Shown: positions 40,005 through 51,343, counted from the stretch's first letter. The stretch: DNA of 64,000 nucleotides from Nitrospirota bacterium (GCA_963790205.1 CAWBNQ010000003.1:320001-384000); one strand, 5' to 3'. A program made the numbers and translations. Notes: generated by a model not told the origin, from the letters alone.

Positions 40005-41711
40005 ATGTCTGTGCTGGGTTTCTGGAGAAGACACTACCGGGACATCCCGAGGATCCGGCAGATCATTGGCGTGATGTCCCGGCACGGGTTCGGACAACTG
40101 GTCGAGCAGCTCGGCATGCAACGCTTCATCTCGTTCGGCCGGCGTGTGCTCACCTTCAAGCAGCAGCCTCTTCCCGGACATCGGCTGAATGCGCCGGAGC
40201 GGCTGCGGATGGCGTTCGAGGAACTGGGTCCTTCCTTCATCAAGTTGGGGCAGGTCTTGGCTTGCAGGCCGGACATGCTCCCCATCGAATACGCGCAAGA
40301 ACTCTGTAAGCTCACCGATTCCGTTTCTCCCTATCCCTTTGAACAGGCGAAAGAGATCATCGAACAGGACCTCGGGGCTCCGCTCGATGCGCTGTTCGCC
40401 GAGTTCGATCCCGCGCCGGTTGCCGCTGCGTCGATCGCCCAGGTCCATCAGGCCGTACTGCCCGACGGCACCGAAGTCATGGTAAAGGTCCAGCGACCCA
40501 ACATCGAACGGGTCATCGCGCGTGACATCAGCATCCTCCGGGGGCTCGCCGAGCTTATCGAGGCCCACGTGCCCGAGATGGCCCCCTACAATGTCCAGGG
40601 GGTCGTCGAGGAGTTCGCGCGGACGATCAACCGGGAGTTGGATTTCTTCATGGAGGCCTCGAACGCGGCCCAACTCAGAAAAAACTTCGAGAAGAGCGGC
40701 GTGCTCCATATCCCCGCTGTCTTTTCCAACGTCTCAAGCAAGCGCGTACTGGTCCTGGAGAAACTTGAAGGCGTGCGCATCGACGATTTTGAGGCGCTGG
40801 AACGCAAAGGTTTCGACCGCCACGAGCTGGCGAGAAAGGGCGCTGCCGCATTTTTCCAGATGGTTTTTCAGGACGGGTTTTTCCACGCCGACCCCCATCC
40901 CGGCAACATCTTTGTTCTCGAGGACGGCAGGCTTGCCCTGGTGGACTTCGGCATTGTGGGCAGGGTGACCGAGGAGAACATCGAGTATTTCGCCAAATCC
41001 TTTCTGGCCTTGGTAAACCACGATTACGACTCCCTGGTCCAACAGTATATGAGTTTGGGATTCGTGGCTGAAGAGGTTGTGGACCTCGAGCGGTTCCAGC
41101 GGGAACTCAAGGAAGACTTCAGCGAACTGCTCGAACCCTACTACGGCATGAAGGTCAAGCAGATCGACTTCGGCGCCTACGTGGAACGGGTGACCCAGAT
41201 CCTTCTGCGGCACCGCCTGCGGCTTCCCCAGAACCTCTATCTTATCGATAAAGCGCTTATCACCCTGGAAGGCATCCTGAAGCAGCTCGACCCCGAGTTC
41301 GATTACCTCGAGGCAGCGCAGCCTTACGTGGCCGACCTTATCCGCAGGCGCCGCAATCCTCTGCAGGCCTACCGCAAACTGCAAAAAAACATGGGGGAAT
41401 TTTCCGATACGATCTCCAGTCTTCCGCGCCAGGTGCGGAACGTGGTCCGGAAGGTCCTGCGGAACGATATCCGCGTAAACATACACCATGAGGAACTGGG
41501 CCATTTCATACGGGACCTGGACAAATCCAGTAACCGGCTGGCTTTCAGTATCATTACCGCTGCCATCATCGTGGCATCGTCCATCATCATCCACTCGGGC
41601 CTGGGCCGCACAATCTTCGGCCTCCCCGTCTTCGGCCTCATCGGCTACGTCATCGCCGGATTTTTCGGCCTTTGGATCCTCATTGGTATCCTGCGGTCGG
41701 GACAGTTATAG
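40005..41711 (+). CDS. ubiB: AarF/UbiB (ABC1) family kinase
   Basis: ELGPSFIKLGQ, AAASIAQVH, VKVQRP, FFHADPHPGN, DFG. Confidence 0.9.
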   Translation: MSVLGFWRRHYRDIPRIRQIIGVMSRHGFGQLVEQLGMQRFISFGRRVLTFKQQPLPGHRLNAPERLRMAFEELGPSFIKLGQVLACRPDMLPIEYAQELCKLTDSVSPYPFEQAKEIIEQDLGAPLDALFAEFDPAPVAAASIAQVHQAVLPDGTEVMVKVQRPNIERVIARDISILRGLAELIEAHVPEMAPYNVQGVVEEFARTINRELDFFMEASNAAQLRKNFEKSGVLHIPAVFSNVSSKRVLVLEKLEGVRIDDFEALERKGFDRHELARKGAAAFFQMVFQDGFFHADPHPGNIFVLEDGRLALVDFGIVGRVTEENIEYFAKSFLALVNHDYDSLVQQYMSLGFVAEEVVDLERFQRELKEDFSELLEPYYGMKVKQIDFGAYVERVTQILLRHRLRLPQNLYLIDKALITLEGILKQLDPEFDYLEAAQPYVADLIRRRRNPLQAYRKLQKNMGEFSDTISSLPRQVRNVVRKVLRNDIRVNIHHEELGHFIRDLDKSSNRLAFSIITAAIIVASSIIIHSGLGRTIFGLPVFGLIGYVIAGFFGLWILIGILRSGQL

Positions 41712-41830
41712 CCGGTATCGAAATAAGCTGTTTCAAAATTCATTTTCTTGCGATATAATGTGTCAATACCGCGCTTGTGCAGCAGGGCGGGCTGGCGGGT
41801 CATTGACAGTTAAGGACAGGGAAGAGGGCA

Positions 41831-42928
41831 TTGAAAAAGAGTTTAAAATCTCAACATGCGTCCTGGTACGCTGCAGGAAAATGGGTCAAGAGGAATCCGT
41901 GGTTGTCCTTTCTGGTCGCCACCGCGACACTCACCATTGTGATACACTTTTATATCGCTCTGTTTGTTCCCCCGACGAAAGAGAAGGAATGGAAGGAAGT
42001 GCAGGTCACGGAAGGCATGAGCTTCAAGGCCATCGCAGGCACGCTCAGAAAGGAAGGCCTGATCCGGTACCGGGGCTACTTCGAGATCATCGGCAGGCTC
42101 CAGGGCATCAGCCGCAAGGTGCGTGTGGGCTATTATGGATTAAACACCAACATGAGCATGTGGGAGGTGCTCGAAGTCCTGCGCAAGGGCAGGATTATAG
42201 AGTATGAAGTGGTGGTCCCCGAAGGGTACAGCCTCTATCAGATCGGATGGACGCTTTCCAAAACACCGCTCATCTCCGATCCGGAGCAGTTCATCAAGCT
42301 CGTGAAGGACAAGAACTTTGTCCATTCCCTTGGTATCGATGCCGACACGCTCGAAGGCTATCTGTTCCCGGACACGTATTACTTGCCCAAGGGCATCAAA
42401 CTCGAAGATATCCCGAAGAAGATGGTCCTGCGCTACAAGGCGGTGTTCGACGACAGCTACCGCGCCCGCGCGCGGGAGCTCGGTTTCACCGAGCAGCAAA
42501 TCATCACCCTGGCCTCGATCATTGAGAAAGAGGCTAAAGTTTCGTCGGAACGCAAGCTTATCTCGGCGGTGTACCACAACCGCCTCAAGAAGGGGATGAG
42601 GCTCCAGGCAGATCCGACCGCGGTCTACGGCACGAAGGCGTGGATCACCAGGGTGACGGCCAAGGACCTCAGGCGGAAATCTCCCTACAATACATATCTT
42701 CACAAGGGTCTGCCTCCCGGCCCGATCGCAAACCCCGGTCAGGGCGCAATCCTCGCCGCGCTCTATCCCGAGCCCGTGGACTATCTCTTCTTCGTGGCCC
42801 AGGGTGACGGCAGCCACTATTTCTCGAATGATTATAATTCGCATGAGAAAGCTGTGGTGAGGTACCGGTCAGCCAAAAAGAATGCGAAGAGGCAGGCGAT
42901 GGTAAAGGCCCAGGCGAAGCAGCAGTGA
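41831..42928 (+). CDS. mltG: Endolytic transglycosylase MltG
   Basis: EGYLFPDTY, LASIIEKE, LQADPT, GLPPGPIANPG. Confidence 0.95.
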   Translation: MKKSLKSQHASWYAAGKWVKRNPWLSFLVATATLTIVIHFYIALFVPPTKEKEWKEVQVTEGMSFKAIAGTLRKEGLIRYRGYFEIIGRLQGISRKVRVGYYGLNTNMSMWEVLEVLRKGRIIEYEVVVPEGYSLYQIGWTLSKTPLISDPEQFIKLVKDKNFVHSLGIDADTLEGYLFPDTYYLPKGIKLEDIPKKMVLRYKAVFDDSYRARARELGFTEQQIITLASIIEKEAKVSSERKLISAVYHNRLKKGMRLQADPTAVYGTKAWITRVTAKDLRRKSPYNTYLHKGLPPGPIANPGQGAILAALYPEPVDYLFFVAQGDGSHYFSNDYNSHEKAVVRYRSAKKNAKRQAMVKAQAKQQ

Positions 42929-43239
42929 AGTAAAGGGTTCCTGCCACGGGATATCGCACCCTGTGCATTCTGGAGTGAGCGCGTTCCCCGCAGCTTGGTG
43001 CGGGGTCTTGCCCCCGCGTTTTTCGTAGCCTGCTTGCCAAAGCGCGGCCACAGGCAAGAGCAGGGGTTGGCGAGTGAGTATGATTCTGTTCGTACTTTGA
43101 GAATCGAGATCTCCTGCAGATGCTTATACGAACCTTTCATTTGCTGCAGGGAGCCTCAATTACACGCGGTATTTCCCGGGACCGTTAAAGGACATGCGGC
43201 TGTGGAGAGAGTTGGAGAGAGAGGGCCGGGAATACTTCC

Positions 43240-44118
43240 TTAAAATCTGCAGCCCAGTTGAATGAGGTTGGTGCTTGGCTTGTTCTTGGCGGCGGGGCTC
43301 AATGTGCGGTTAAAGTCCCGCTCGACCTGTATATAGGTGTCCTTGCCGAGGACATATCTGAAGCCCAGGCTGTTGTGACCCTGATTGTCGAGGTTTACTT
43401 TATAAAAATAAGACGCATTGCGGTATCTGGCCTCTGTCTCCGATACCAGGCCTAATTTTCCGCTGTCGATCCGGACCCGCAATCCTGTTTTCAGGATTAC
43501 CTTGTCCTTTACAACAGTATTCCCGGCGGGATGTGTCCCCCCGGGTTTTTTCTCGGCGATTTTATTATTGCCGGTTTTAATATCATTCGCTTCCGCGCCG
43601 GCATCCTCATGCCCGGTTTTGTCAGATGAAACCTCATATTTCAGGGCTTTGACCAGCCTGTCGATCTCGACCACCCGTTCTTTCGTAAACTTTAAGGTCT
43701 CCTTTAAGACGAGCTTCATTACTATTCTTCCCTCGTCTGTCTGCTTACCGAGTTTATTATCGGTCGGCATGCGGTTGACCTGCGACGGGTCCTCTTGATG
43801 AGGACCGAAGTACTCACTTATTGTCTTGAACATTTGCTCGCGCCAGTCCCCTATGACCCCCTGCTCCGGATGGCCGCTTTGTTTTATCGCCCCCGCGGGG
43901 TCCGAGACGGCCATAAATTTCGATCCGGTATAAAGGGCGTTCAATTCTATCGGGGAATTATTGGAAGGAGCGGCCGTAGTACCGTGCCCGGAAGGGTCAG
44001 CCGGCAGGGCCGTCTGCTCATTCATGCCCGACGAAGTATTCACTTCGGAGGCGAGCTCCTGGGCCATGGCAAATTCAGGCACGAGCATCAATAATACGAA
44101 AAATGTAGTGAGCTTCAT
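43240..44118 (-). CDS. Hypothetical exported protein, possible C-terminal beta-strand/OM domain
   Basis: Signal peptide (AMA), amphipathic C-terminal strands, terminal Phe. Confidence 0.6.
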   Translation of the reverse strand: MKLTTFFVLLMLVPEFAMAQELASEVNTSSGMNEQTALPADPSGHGTTAAPSNNSPIELNALYTGSKFMAVSDPAGAIKQSGHPEQGVIGDWREQMFKTISEYFGPHQEDPSQVNRMPTDNKLGKQTDEGRIVMKLVLKETLKFTKERVVEIDRLVKALKYEVSSDKTGHEDAGAEANDIKTGNNKIAEKKPGGTHPAGNTVVKDKVILKTGLRVRIDSGKLGLVSETEARYRNASYFYKVNLDNQGHNSLGFRYVLGKDTYIQVERDFNRTLSPAAKNKPSTNLIQLGCRF

Positions 44119-44169
44119 GACAGCCAACTCCTGATCGTGACATACACGCTTCGCTTCTGATCAGTTAAT

Positions 44170-44185
44170 TGCATCTGTTGTGCCA
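44170..44185 (-). promoter_or_regulatory. Sigma54 (-24/-12) promoter
   Basis: Minus strand TGGCACAACAGATGCA = GG-N10-GC; IHF-like aatcaataacatg near 44227. Confidence 0.65.
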
Positions 44186-44415
44186 TGAAAGTGAAGGGTG
44201 GGAGCAGTAATGCAAAAATATTACAAAATCAATAACATGGTCATGGTTTCAGTTCTTTGGTTTTGCAGGAATTGTTAGCGAATGGGGGAAAAGTGGGGAG
44301 AAATAATCTGATTATCGAAGCTGTGACATACGATTTTCGAACATCCGAGTATTACTATTTTTGATGAGCACGGATCGATCAAGTTCGTAAGTGTCAGCCG
44401 GGAGGAGGAAGGTCA

Positions 44416-45267
44416 TTATTCCCTTTGTCTCGGATCGAGAGCATCGCGTATGCCTTCGCCCAAGAGGTTGTAGCCGAGAACGGTGACGAGGATGGCGAGG
44501 CCGGGGAAGGCTGAGAGCCACCAGGCTATTTCGATGTTGTCCTTACCCGATGAGAGCAGGCTGCCCCAGCTCGGGGTAGGGGGTTGAACGCCGAGGCCGA
44601 GGAAGCTCAGGGCAGATTCGATGAGGATCGCCCCGCCGACGCCCATGGTGGCTGAGACAAGAATGGGGGAAAGACCGTTCGGCAAGATGTGCCTCATCAT
44701 GATGCGGACGTCGGTTGCACCGATGGCGCGGGCGGCGATCACGAATTCGCGCTCTTTCAGAGAGATGAACTCGGCCCGGATAAGCCTCGCCGGCTCCATC
44801 CAGCTGGTGAGGCCGATCACGACCATGATGTTGACGATGCTGGGTTCGAGAATGGCGATCACGGCAAGCACGAGAAAGATCGTGGGGATGCTCAGCATGA
44901 TGTCCACGCTTCGCATGATCATGCTGTCCACCCAGCCGCCGTAGAACCCCGCGAGCGAGCCGAGGATGATGCCGAGGATCGTTGCTATCCCGACTGCAAC
45001 GAACCCTACCTCAAGAGAGATCCTGCCGCCCCAGAGCATACGCGAGAGCACGTCCCGTCCGAGGTCATCGGTCCCCAGGGGATGGGTCAAGCTCGGGCCG
45101 ACAAGGATGTTCTTGATGTCAATGGTGGAAGGGTTATAGGGTGCGACCAGTGGTGCAAAAATGGAAAGAATGAAGACGAGCAGCACGAGTAGTCCGCCGA
45201 TGACGGCAAGTTTGTTCTGCATCAGATAATGAAGCGTTTGGGCCGTGAAGGATTCGGTATCGTTCAT
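44416..45267 (-). CDS. Peptide/nickel ABC transporter permease (DppC/OppC)
   Basis: HPLGTDDLGRD, EFVIAARAIGA, NLLGEGIRDALDPR. Confidence 0.93.
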   Translation of the reverse strand: MNDTESFTAQTLHYLMQNKLAVIGGLLVLLVFILSIFAPLVAPYNPSTIDIKNILVGPSLTHPLGTDDLGRDVLSRMLWGGRISLEVGFVAVGIATILGIILGSLAGFYGGWVDSMIMRSVDIMLSIPTIFLVLAVIAILEPSIVNIMVVIGLTSWMEPARLIRAEFISLKEREFVIAARAIGATDVRIMMRHILPNGLSPILVSATMGVGGAILIESALSFLGLGVQPPTPSWGSLLSSGKDNIEIAWWLSAFPGLAILVTVLGYNLLGEGIRDALDPRQRE

Positions 45268-45346
45268 TATCAAGATCCCGGTATCATTTCATCTTGCAAT
45301 TTCGGCTCATGCCGGCAGGCGCCGTTTCCGCATTTCGCACTGTGCA

Positions 45347-46318
45347 TTATTTCAGTCTCACCCTCGGATCAGTAAAGGCATAGGCGATGTCAGCGAGGAA
45401 GTTTCCGATCATTGTGAGGAATGCACCCGGCACCAGGATGCCCATGACGAGGTTGTAGTCCCTGGATAATACTGCTTGATACATAAGCTGGCCCATGCCC
45501 GGGATGCCGAAGACGGTTTCCATTATGGCGCTGCCTCCAATAATGCCCGGAAGCGACAGGCCGAGGATGGTGATCACCGGCATGAGAGCGTTTCTGAGCG
45601 CGTGCTTGTAAATTACGGTCTTCTCCGGAAGTCCTTTGGCCCTGGCGGTCCGGATGTAGTCCTGGCGCAGGACTTCGAGCATGTTGCTCCTCATGTATCG
45701 CGAAAACCCGGCAAGACCACCGAAAGCAGAAACAAAGACCGGCAGGACGAGGTGCTCAGCCCGGTCCATGAGCCAGCCCCAGGTGGTGAGCCCGGTAATG
45801 TCCAAGCTCTCTTTCCCCGATATCGGCAGTATCCCCCACTGTACACCGAAAACATAAATGAGCAGAAGGGCGAGCCAAAAGGCGGGCGTGGAAAATCCTA
45901 CAAAGACAAAGATCGTTGTGAACCGGTCGATCACCGAGTATTGTCGCGTGGCCGACATGATGCCTAAGGGTATGGCGATGAGCAGCACAAGTCCGAGGGA
46001 AAGAAGGTTGATCGTGAGCGTGATCGGAAGGCGTTCCAGTATCTTGTCCTTTACCTTGCGGCCGTCGGCAAAGGCCTCGCCGAAGTCGAGGGTCACGAAC
46101 TTTCTGAGCCAGGTGGCGTACTGTTTGTAAAAAGGCTGGTCGGCGCCGTAGAGCTTCCTCAGCCGTTCCCGTGCCTCGGCCGAGGCACGGGCCGAGAAAT
46201 CCATCTGCGCTTCCGCCGGTCCGCCCGGGGCAAGACGCATGACGCCGAAGCTCAGCACGGTGATGCCGATCAGGATGGGTATCATGAGGAGCATGCGTTT
46301 TATGACGTAGATGAGCAT
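45347..46318 (-). CDS. Peptide/nickel ABC transporter permease (DppB/OppB)
   Basis: [31 protein letters not shown]. Confidence 0.93.
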   Translation of the reverse strand: MLIYVIKRMLLMIPILIGITVLSFGVMRLAPGGPAEAQMDFSARASAEARERLRKLYGADQPFYKQYATWLRKFVTLDFGEAFADGRKVKDKILERLPITLTINLLSLGLVLLIAIPLGIMSATRQYSVIDRFTTIFVFVGFSTPAFWLALLLIYVFGVQWGILPISGKESLDITGLTTWGWLMDRAEHLVLPVFVSAFGGLAGFSRYMRSNMLEVLRQDYIRTARAKGLPEKTVIYKHALRNALMPVITILGLSLPGIIGGSAIMETVFGIPGMGQLMYQAVLSRDYNLVMGILVPGAFLTMIGNFLADIAYAFTDPRVRLK

Positions 46319-46327
46319 GAGGTCGCG

Positions 46328-46591
46328 CTATCCGGTGACCTTGTACACCAGGTCGAAAGGCTTTGCAGCCTGGGAGAGCTTGATGCCGGTGAATTGGCCG
46401 CGGATGGCCTTCTGAACCGGCTGGTGGTCGAACTCCATGGTCTCCACTTTCTGGGTAAAGTCGGTAGCGGACCCCTTGATCCGGACGGTATCGCCGATTG
46501 CGAGGTCGCCGAAGTCCAGCTTGACCGCTGCGACGGATGTTTTATCGAAAAATTTGATCACCGACCCGATCCGCTCTTCCATGCCGCTCAT
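46328..46591 (-). CDS. Small translation-factor-type beta-barrel protein (EF-Tu domain II/U32 C-terminal-like)
   Basis: IGSVIKFFDKTSVAAVKL...GDTVRIKG..TDFTQKV..ME. Confidence 0.7.
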   Translation of the reverse strand: MSGMEERIGSVIKFFDKTSVAAVKLDFGDLAIGDTVRIKGSATDFTQKVETMEFDHQPVQKAIRGQFTGIKLSQAAKPFDLVYKVTG

Positions 46592-46743
46592 GATAGTATA
46601 AAATCCGCAGTATTTCAAGGAAAATTCAGGCGCACATTCTCCCCGCGTCACGCGAGATGTTGAGGGGGCAATCACGAGCGGGCTTTGTGCTCCAGGGGGC
46701 GGTAAAAAGATTAAATTAGGTAGAAGTATTCGGCTATTAGAGC

Positions 46744-46772
46744 TTGACAATGGGTAGCCCTGTGAGTATTAT
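46744..46772 (+). promoter_or_regulatory. Sigma70 promoter for tRNA cluster
   Basis: TTGACA-N17-TATTAT; further ones at 47087-47115 (TTGACA-N17-TAGAAT) and 47566-47594 (TTGCAT-N17-TATACT). Confidence 0.7.
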
Positions 46773-46810
46773 ATGCCTTGCGGAGCAGGGGTAGTGTGTA
46801 GTGCATCTCA

Positions 46811-46887
46811 CGGGGCGTGGCGCAGCCCGGTAGCGCGTCTGCTTTGGGAGCAGAAAGCCGGAGGTTCAAATCCTCTCGCCCCGACCA
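46811..46887 (+). tRNA. tRNA-Pro(TGG)
   Basis: Cloverleaf, anticodon arm tctgc-tttggga-gcaga, GTTCAA, CCA. Confidence 0.97.
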
Positions 46888-46896
46888 TTCTATTAA

Positions 46897-46975
46897 GAAT
46901 TGGAAATTGAAGATTGGAAATTGTAAATTGAGCCTCAAAAGTTAGAATCTTAAATTTCCAATTTCCAATTTAAAA
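46897..46975. repeat. 7-nt-period inverted repeat (aattgga/tccaatt)
   Basis: aattggaaattgaagattggaaattgtaaattg facing aatttccaatttccaattt. Confidence 0.7.
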
Positions 46976-46990
46976 TATGCGAAGCGATTC

Positions 46991-47067
46991 GCGCCTGTAG
47001 CTCAGGTGGATAGAGCAACAGCCTTCTAAGCTGTGGGCCAAAGGTTCGAGTCCTTTCAGGCGCACCA
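46991..47067 (+). tRNA. tRNA-Arg(TCT)
   Basis: Anticodon arm acagc-cttctaa-gctgt, GTTCGA, CCA. Confidence 0.97.
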
Positions 47068-47161
47068 TTCCATTGCGGATTGTTTGTTGACAAAGTATAG
47101 CCGACATTATAGAATGTAACCTGATTTCGCAGTCTGAAATCCACATTTTAAATTATAACAC

Positions 47162-47238
47162 GGTGGGCGTAGCTCAGTTGGTAGAGCTCCAGGTTGTGGC
47201 CCTGGTGGCCGCGGGTTCAAGCCCCGTCGCTCACCCCA
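47162..47238 (+). tRNA. tRNA-His(GTG)
   Basis: ccagg-ttgtggc-cctgg, encoded G-1, CCA. Confidence 0.97.
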
Positions 47239-47250
47239 ATTTTGTATCGT

Positions 47251-47285
47251 AGAGACGGTCGATGTCGGCCGTCTCTGCAGTTTTA
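47251..47285 (+). terminator. Hairpin/possible terminator between tRNA-His and tRNA-Arg
   Basis: agagacggtcga-tg-tcggccgtctct followed by tttt. Confidence 0.5.
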
Positions 47286-47298
47286 GAGGCTTGACAAG

Positions 47299-47375
<77 letters not shown>

Positions 47376-47450
47376 AGAAATTGCGAATTGCGGATTGCAG
47401 ATTGCGGAATGAAATCATGAGATACGTCTAATCCGCAATCCGAAATAGAT

Positions 47451-47527
47451 GCGCCTGTAGCTCAGCTGGATAGAGCGTCGGCCTCCGAAGCCGAAGGTCG
47501 TGGGTTCGACTCCCGCCAGGCGCACCA
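47451..47527 (+). tRNA. tRNA-Arg(CCG)
   Basis: tcggc-ctccgaa-gccga, GTTCGA, CCA. Confidence 0.95.
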
Positions 47528-47632
47528 TAAAAAATATCTTTTCCGGGTGAATATTAGTTTTTTTGTTGCATCCTGCTGTAAAGATAAGTATACTGTAATC
47601 CGTTTTTCACCATCTGGTACTCTCAACCTTAT

Positions 47633-47708
<76 letters not shown>

Positions 47709-47789
47709 TAAAATAACACAGGGAGCAGTGGGCAGCAGGCAGCGAATTTTGACAGCTGCTATCCGCTCACTGCTCTCTTTGTTCATGCA

Positions 47790-47872
47790 GCGAGAGTGGC
47801 GGAACTGGCAGACGCGCCAGACTTAGGATCTGGTGGGCGACCATGGGGGTTCAAGTCCCCCCTCTCGCACCA
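47790..47872 (+). tRNA. tRNA-Leu(TAG)
   Basis: ccaga-cttagga-tctgg, variable arm, CCA. Confidence 0.97.
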
Positions 47873-47996
47873 AATAATTCGCATGCCGATTGGGGAGCTT
47901 GGAGCGCGGACTGAAAATCTCAACCTGCCTCCCGCCCTCCGAACGCGTTACAATCCATAAACTTCAAATACACTCTTATGCAAAGGTGGAAAAGGA

Positions 47997-49277
47997 ATGA
48001 AATCGGTCGTAGAAGATATCAGTTCGGTTAAGAAAAAGATCAATGTCGAAATCACGCCCGAGGCCGTGGCCAAAGAGATGGAAAAGGCCCTGGCCGATGT
48101 GGCAAAAAAGGCCAGGATCGCGGGGTTCCGGCCGGGAAAGGCCCCGAAGGGCATTGTCGAGAAACACTACGGCGAGGAAGTGCGGAACGAAGTGATGCAG
48201 CGGCTGGTTACAGAATCCTATTTACAGGCGTTGCAGGAAAACAATCTTAACCCGGTCGACGTGCCGCACATCGAGAAGGTCTCTTCGCTGGCAAAAGACG
48301 CGCCGCTTACGTTTACCGCCACGGTCGAGGTCCGTCCCAAGATCGAGCTGGGGACCTATGACGGCATCGAAGTGAAGGAACAGAGCCTCGTCGTAAGCGA
48401 CGACGAGCTCAATCAGACCATCGACCGCCTCCGCGAGATGTATGCCCAGCTCGAGGTGGTCGAGGGCCGGCCCCTTGAGAAGAACGATTCGGCGGTCATC
48501 GATTTCGAGGGTTTCCATGACGGCAAGCCCATCGAGGGCGCCAAGGCGTCCGGTCATATGCTCTCGCTCGGGGCGAATTCGCTGATCCCCGGTTTCGAGG
48601 ACCAGCTCGTGGGCATGAATGGCGGTGAAACCCGGGATATCAAGGTCACCTTCCCTGCGGATTATCAGAACAAGGATATCGCCGGAAAGAATGCCACCTT
48701 CACCGTCACGCTCAAGGAAATCAAGAAGAAGGTCCTTCCCGAGTTCAACGACGAGTTTGCCAAGGACATCGGCGGCGACAAATCAGTGGAAGAGTTGAAA
48801 GAGGGGATCAAGAAGGACCTCGAAGCGCGGAAGCGAGACGAGCAGGCATCGGCCCAGCGCGAGGAAATCCTGTCCAGGCTGGTTGAGGCCCATACCTTCG
48901 ATATTCCGCCCGGCATGGTGGAGCGGGAGCTTCAGGCCATGGCCCGCCAGCAGGCCACGCGGCTGGCGCGGCAGGGTATGGATATGAAGACCTTCGATAT
49001 CACGAAATTTCGCGAGGAGCACAAGGCCGTCGCTGAAAAACGCGTCAAGGGCCTTTTGCTCCTTGACGTCATAGCCGAGAAGGAAAAGGTGGAAGTGAGC
49101 GATCAGGAAGTGAATGCGGCGCTCGCTGCGATGGCAAGGAGCTCGCGCCAGACCGTGGACGCGGTCAGGAAATATTACGAGTCGCTCGACGGCGGCCTCG
49201 ACAACCTGCGCATATCGCTGACCCAGGAAAAGACGCTCGGTCTCTTGCTTTCCCGGTCAAAGAAGAGTTATAATTAG
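47997..49277 (+). CDS. tig: Trigger factor
   Basis: GFRPGKAP signature, FKBP domain LIPGFEDQL. Confidence 0.97.
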   Translation: MKSVVEDISSVKKKINVEITPEAVAKEMEKALADVAKKARIAGFRPGKAPKGIVEKHYGEEVRNEVMQRLVTESYLQALQENNLNPVDVPHIEKVSSLAKDAPLTFTATVEVRPKIELGTYDGIEVKEQSLVVSDDELNQTIDRLREMYAQLEVVEGRPLEKNDSAVIDFEGFHDGKPIEGAKASGHMLSLGANSLIPGFEDQLVGMNGGETRDIKVTFPADYQNKDIAGKNATFTVTLKEIKKKVLPEFNDEFAKDIGGDKSVEELKEGIKKDLEARKRDEQASAQREEILSRLVEAHTFDIPPGMVERELQAMARQQATRLARQGMDMKTFDITKFREEHKAVAEKRVKGLLLLDVIAEKEKVEVSDQEVNAALAAMARSSRQTVDAVRKYYESLDGGLDNLRISLTQEKTLGLLLSRSKKSYN

Positions 49278-49399
49278 TATGAATAAAGGCTGATAAATGG
49301 AGGGCCCCCCACCGGGCCGATCAGGATACACCCGCCGGTGAAATTTTTTCCGGTTCTGCGTGCCGGAAGGGCAGGAACGGTTAAGGAGAATTTCAATCT

Positions 49400-50002
49400 A
49401 TGTCATTGATCCCCATGGTAATTGAACAGACGAGTCGCGGCGAGCGGGCCTATGATATCTATTCCCGCCTCCTCAAGGACCGCATTATCTTTCTCGGTAC
49501 GCCTATCGACGACAACGTAGCGAATACAGTGATCGCGCAGCTCCTGTTTTTGGATGCCGATGACCCTGACAAGGATATCTACCTGTACGTCAACTCTCCC
49601 GGCGGGGTCGTGACTGCGGGGCTTGCGATCTATGATACCATGAATTATCTCAAGTCCCCTGTTTCAACCATCTGCATCGGCCAGGCTGCGAGCATGGGCG
49701 CCCTGCTTCTGGGCGCGGGGACAAAGGGGAAACGGTTCTCCCTGCCGCACGCCCGGATCATGATCCATCAGCCCATCGGCGGGTTCCAGGGCCAGGCCAC
49801 CGACATCGAGATCCATGCCAAGGAAATATTAAAACTCAAGGACACGTTGAACCAGATCTTGTCCAAACATACCGGGCAGCCCATCGAGAAGATAGCAACG
49901 GACACGGAGAGGGATTTTTTCATGTCCGGCGAGGACGCGAAGCAGTACGGTCTCATTGATGAAGTCATAACCAAGGTAAGAAGCGTGAAGAAGGAGAAGT
50001 AA
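49400..50002 (+). CDS. clpP: ATP-dependent Clp protease proteolytic subunit
   Basis: [29 protein letters not shown]. Confidence 0.98.
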   Translation: MSLIPMVIEQTSRGERAYDIYSRLLKDRIIFLGTPIDDNVANTVIAQLLFLDADDPDKDIYLYVNSPGGVVTAGLAIYDTMNYLKSPVSTICIGQAASMGALLLGAGTKGKRFSLPHARIMIHQPIGGFQGQATDIEIHAKEILKLKDTLNQILSKHTGQPIEKIATDTERDFFMSGEDAKQYGLIDEVITKVRSVKKEK

Positions 50003-50006
50003 ACAT

Positions 50007-51254
50007 ATGACCGACAAAGAAAAAAAGGAACATACTGCGCCGCTCAAGTGTTCCTTCTGCGGCAAAGGGCAGGAGGAAGTGAAAAAACTGATCGCCGGCC
50101 CTTCGGTCTTTATCTGCAACGAGTGCGTGGACCTCTGCAACGAGATCATTGCCGAGGAGTGGGAAGAGGCCAAGGACGCGAAGATCCCCCGCTTGCCGAA
50201 GCCGGCGGAGATCAAGCGCACCCTTGATGAATATGTGATCGGCCAGGAGCGCGCAAAGAAGATCCTGTCCGTGGCGGTGCATAATCACTACAAACGCATC
50301 GGCATCCAGCAGGAAATAGGCGATGAGGTAGAGCTTCAGAAGAGCAACATCCTGCTTATCGGGCCGACCGGCGTGGGAAAGACCCTGCTGGCCCAGACCC
50401 TGGCGCGTATTCTTGACGTGCCGTTCACCATTGCCGATGCCACGACGCTCACCGAGGCCGGTTACGTGGGAGAGGACGTAGAGAACATCATCCTCAAGCT
50501 TCTGCAGAGCGCCAATTACGACGTGGAGCGAGCCCAGCGCGGTATCGTTTACATCGACGAGATCGATAAGATCAGCCGGAAGTCGGAAAACCCGTCGATC
50601 ACGCGCGACGTTTCCGGCGAGGGCGTGCAGCAGGCGCTCCTGAAGCTCATCGAGGGGACTGTCGCGAGCGTGCCGCCCCAGGGCGGCCGCAAGCATCCCC
50701 ATCAGGAGTTCATCCAGGTCGACACCAAGAACATCCTGTTTCTCTGCGGAGGCGCATTTGTGGGGCTCGATACGATCATCGAGCAGCGCATCGGACAGAA
50801 GACCATGGGCTTCGGCGCCGAGATCCAAAGCAAGAAAGAACGGAAGCTCTCCGAAACGCTCGCCAGCCTCCAGCCCCAGGACCTGCTCAAGTACGGGCTT
50901 ATCCCCGAGTTCATCGGCCGCATGCCCGTTGTGGCAACGCTCGAGGAGCTCGACGAGCACGCGCTCATCGACATTCTCACACGCCCCAAGAACGCGCTCA
51001 TAAAACAGTACCAGAAGCTGCTCGCGCTCGAAGGCTGCAAGCTGCGCTTCAGCGACGACGCGCTCGTGGCCGTGTCGAAGAAGGCGATCAACCGGAAGAC
51101 AGGCGCCCGCGGGCTTCGCGCCATCCTTGAGGACGTGATGCTGAACGTGATGTACGATATCCCGTCGCAGCCAGGCATCCGCGAGTGCATCATCAACCAG
51201 GAAGTGATCACCGAAGGGGCGGAACCCCTGCTCATCTACGAAAAGATAGCGTAA
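50007..51254 (+). CDS. clpX: Clp protease ATP-binding subunit ClpX
   Basis: CSFC/CNEC zinc finger, [13 protein letters not shown]. Confidence 0.98.
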   Translation: MTDKEKKEHTAPLKCSFCGKGQEEVKKLIAGPSVFICNECVDLCNEIIAEEWEEAKDAKIPRLPKPAEIKRTLDEYVIGQERAKKILSVAVHNHYKRIGIQQEIGDEVELQKSNILLIGPTGVGKTLLAQTLARILDVPFTIADATTLTEAGYVGEDVENIILKLLQSANYDVERAQRGIVYIDEIDKISRKSENPSITRDVSGEGVQQALLKLIEGTVASVPPQGGRKHPHQEFIQVDTKNILFLCGGAFVGLDTIIEQRIGQKTMGFGAEIQSKKERKLSETLASLQPQDLLKYGLIPEFIGRMPVVATLEELDEHALIDILTRPKNALIKQYQKLLALEGCKLRFSDDALVAVSKKAINRKTGARGLRAILEDVMLNVMYDIPSQPGIRECIINQEVITEGAEPLLIYEKIA

Positions 51255-51343
51255 CACCAATCAAACACTGGTAGAGATTAAGGAATTGTCAGTACTTAAT
51301 CTCTATTTTTTTGCGTGTCTTCCGGCGTACCTGACCCAACGAC

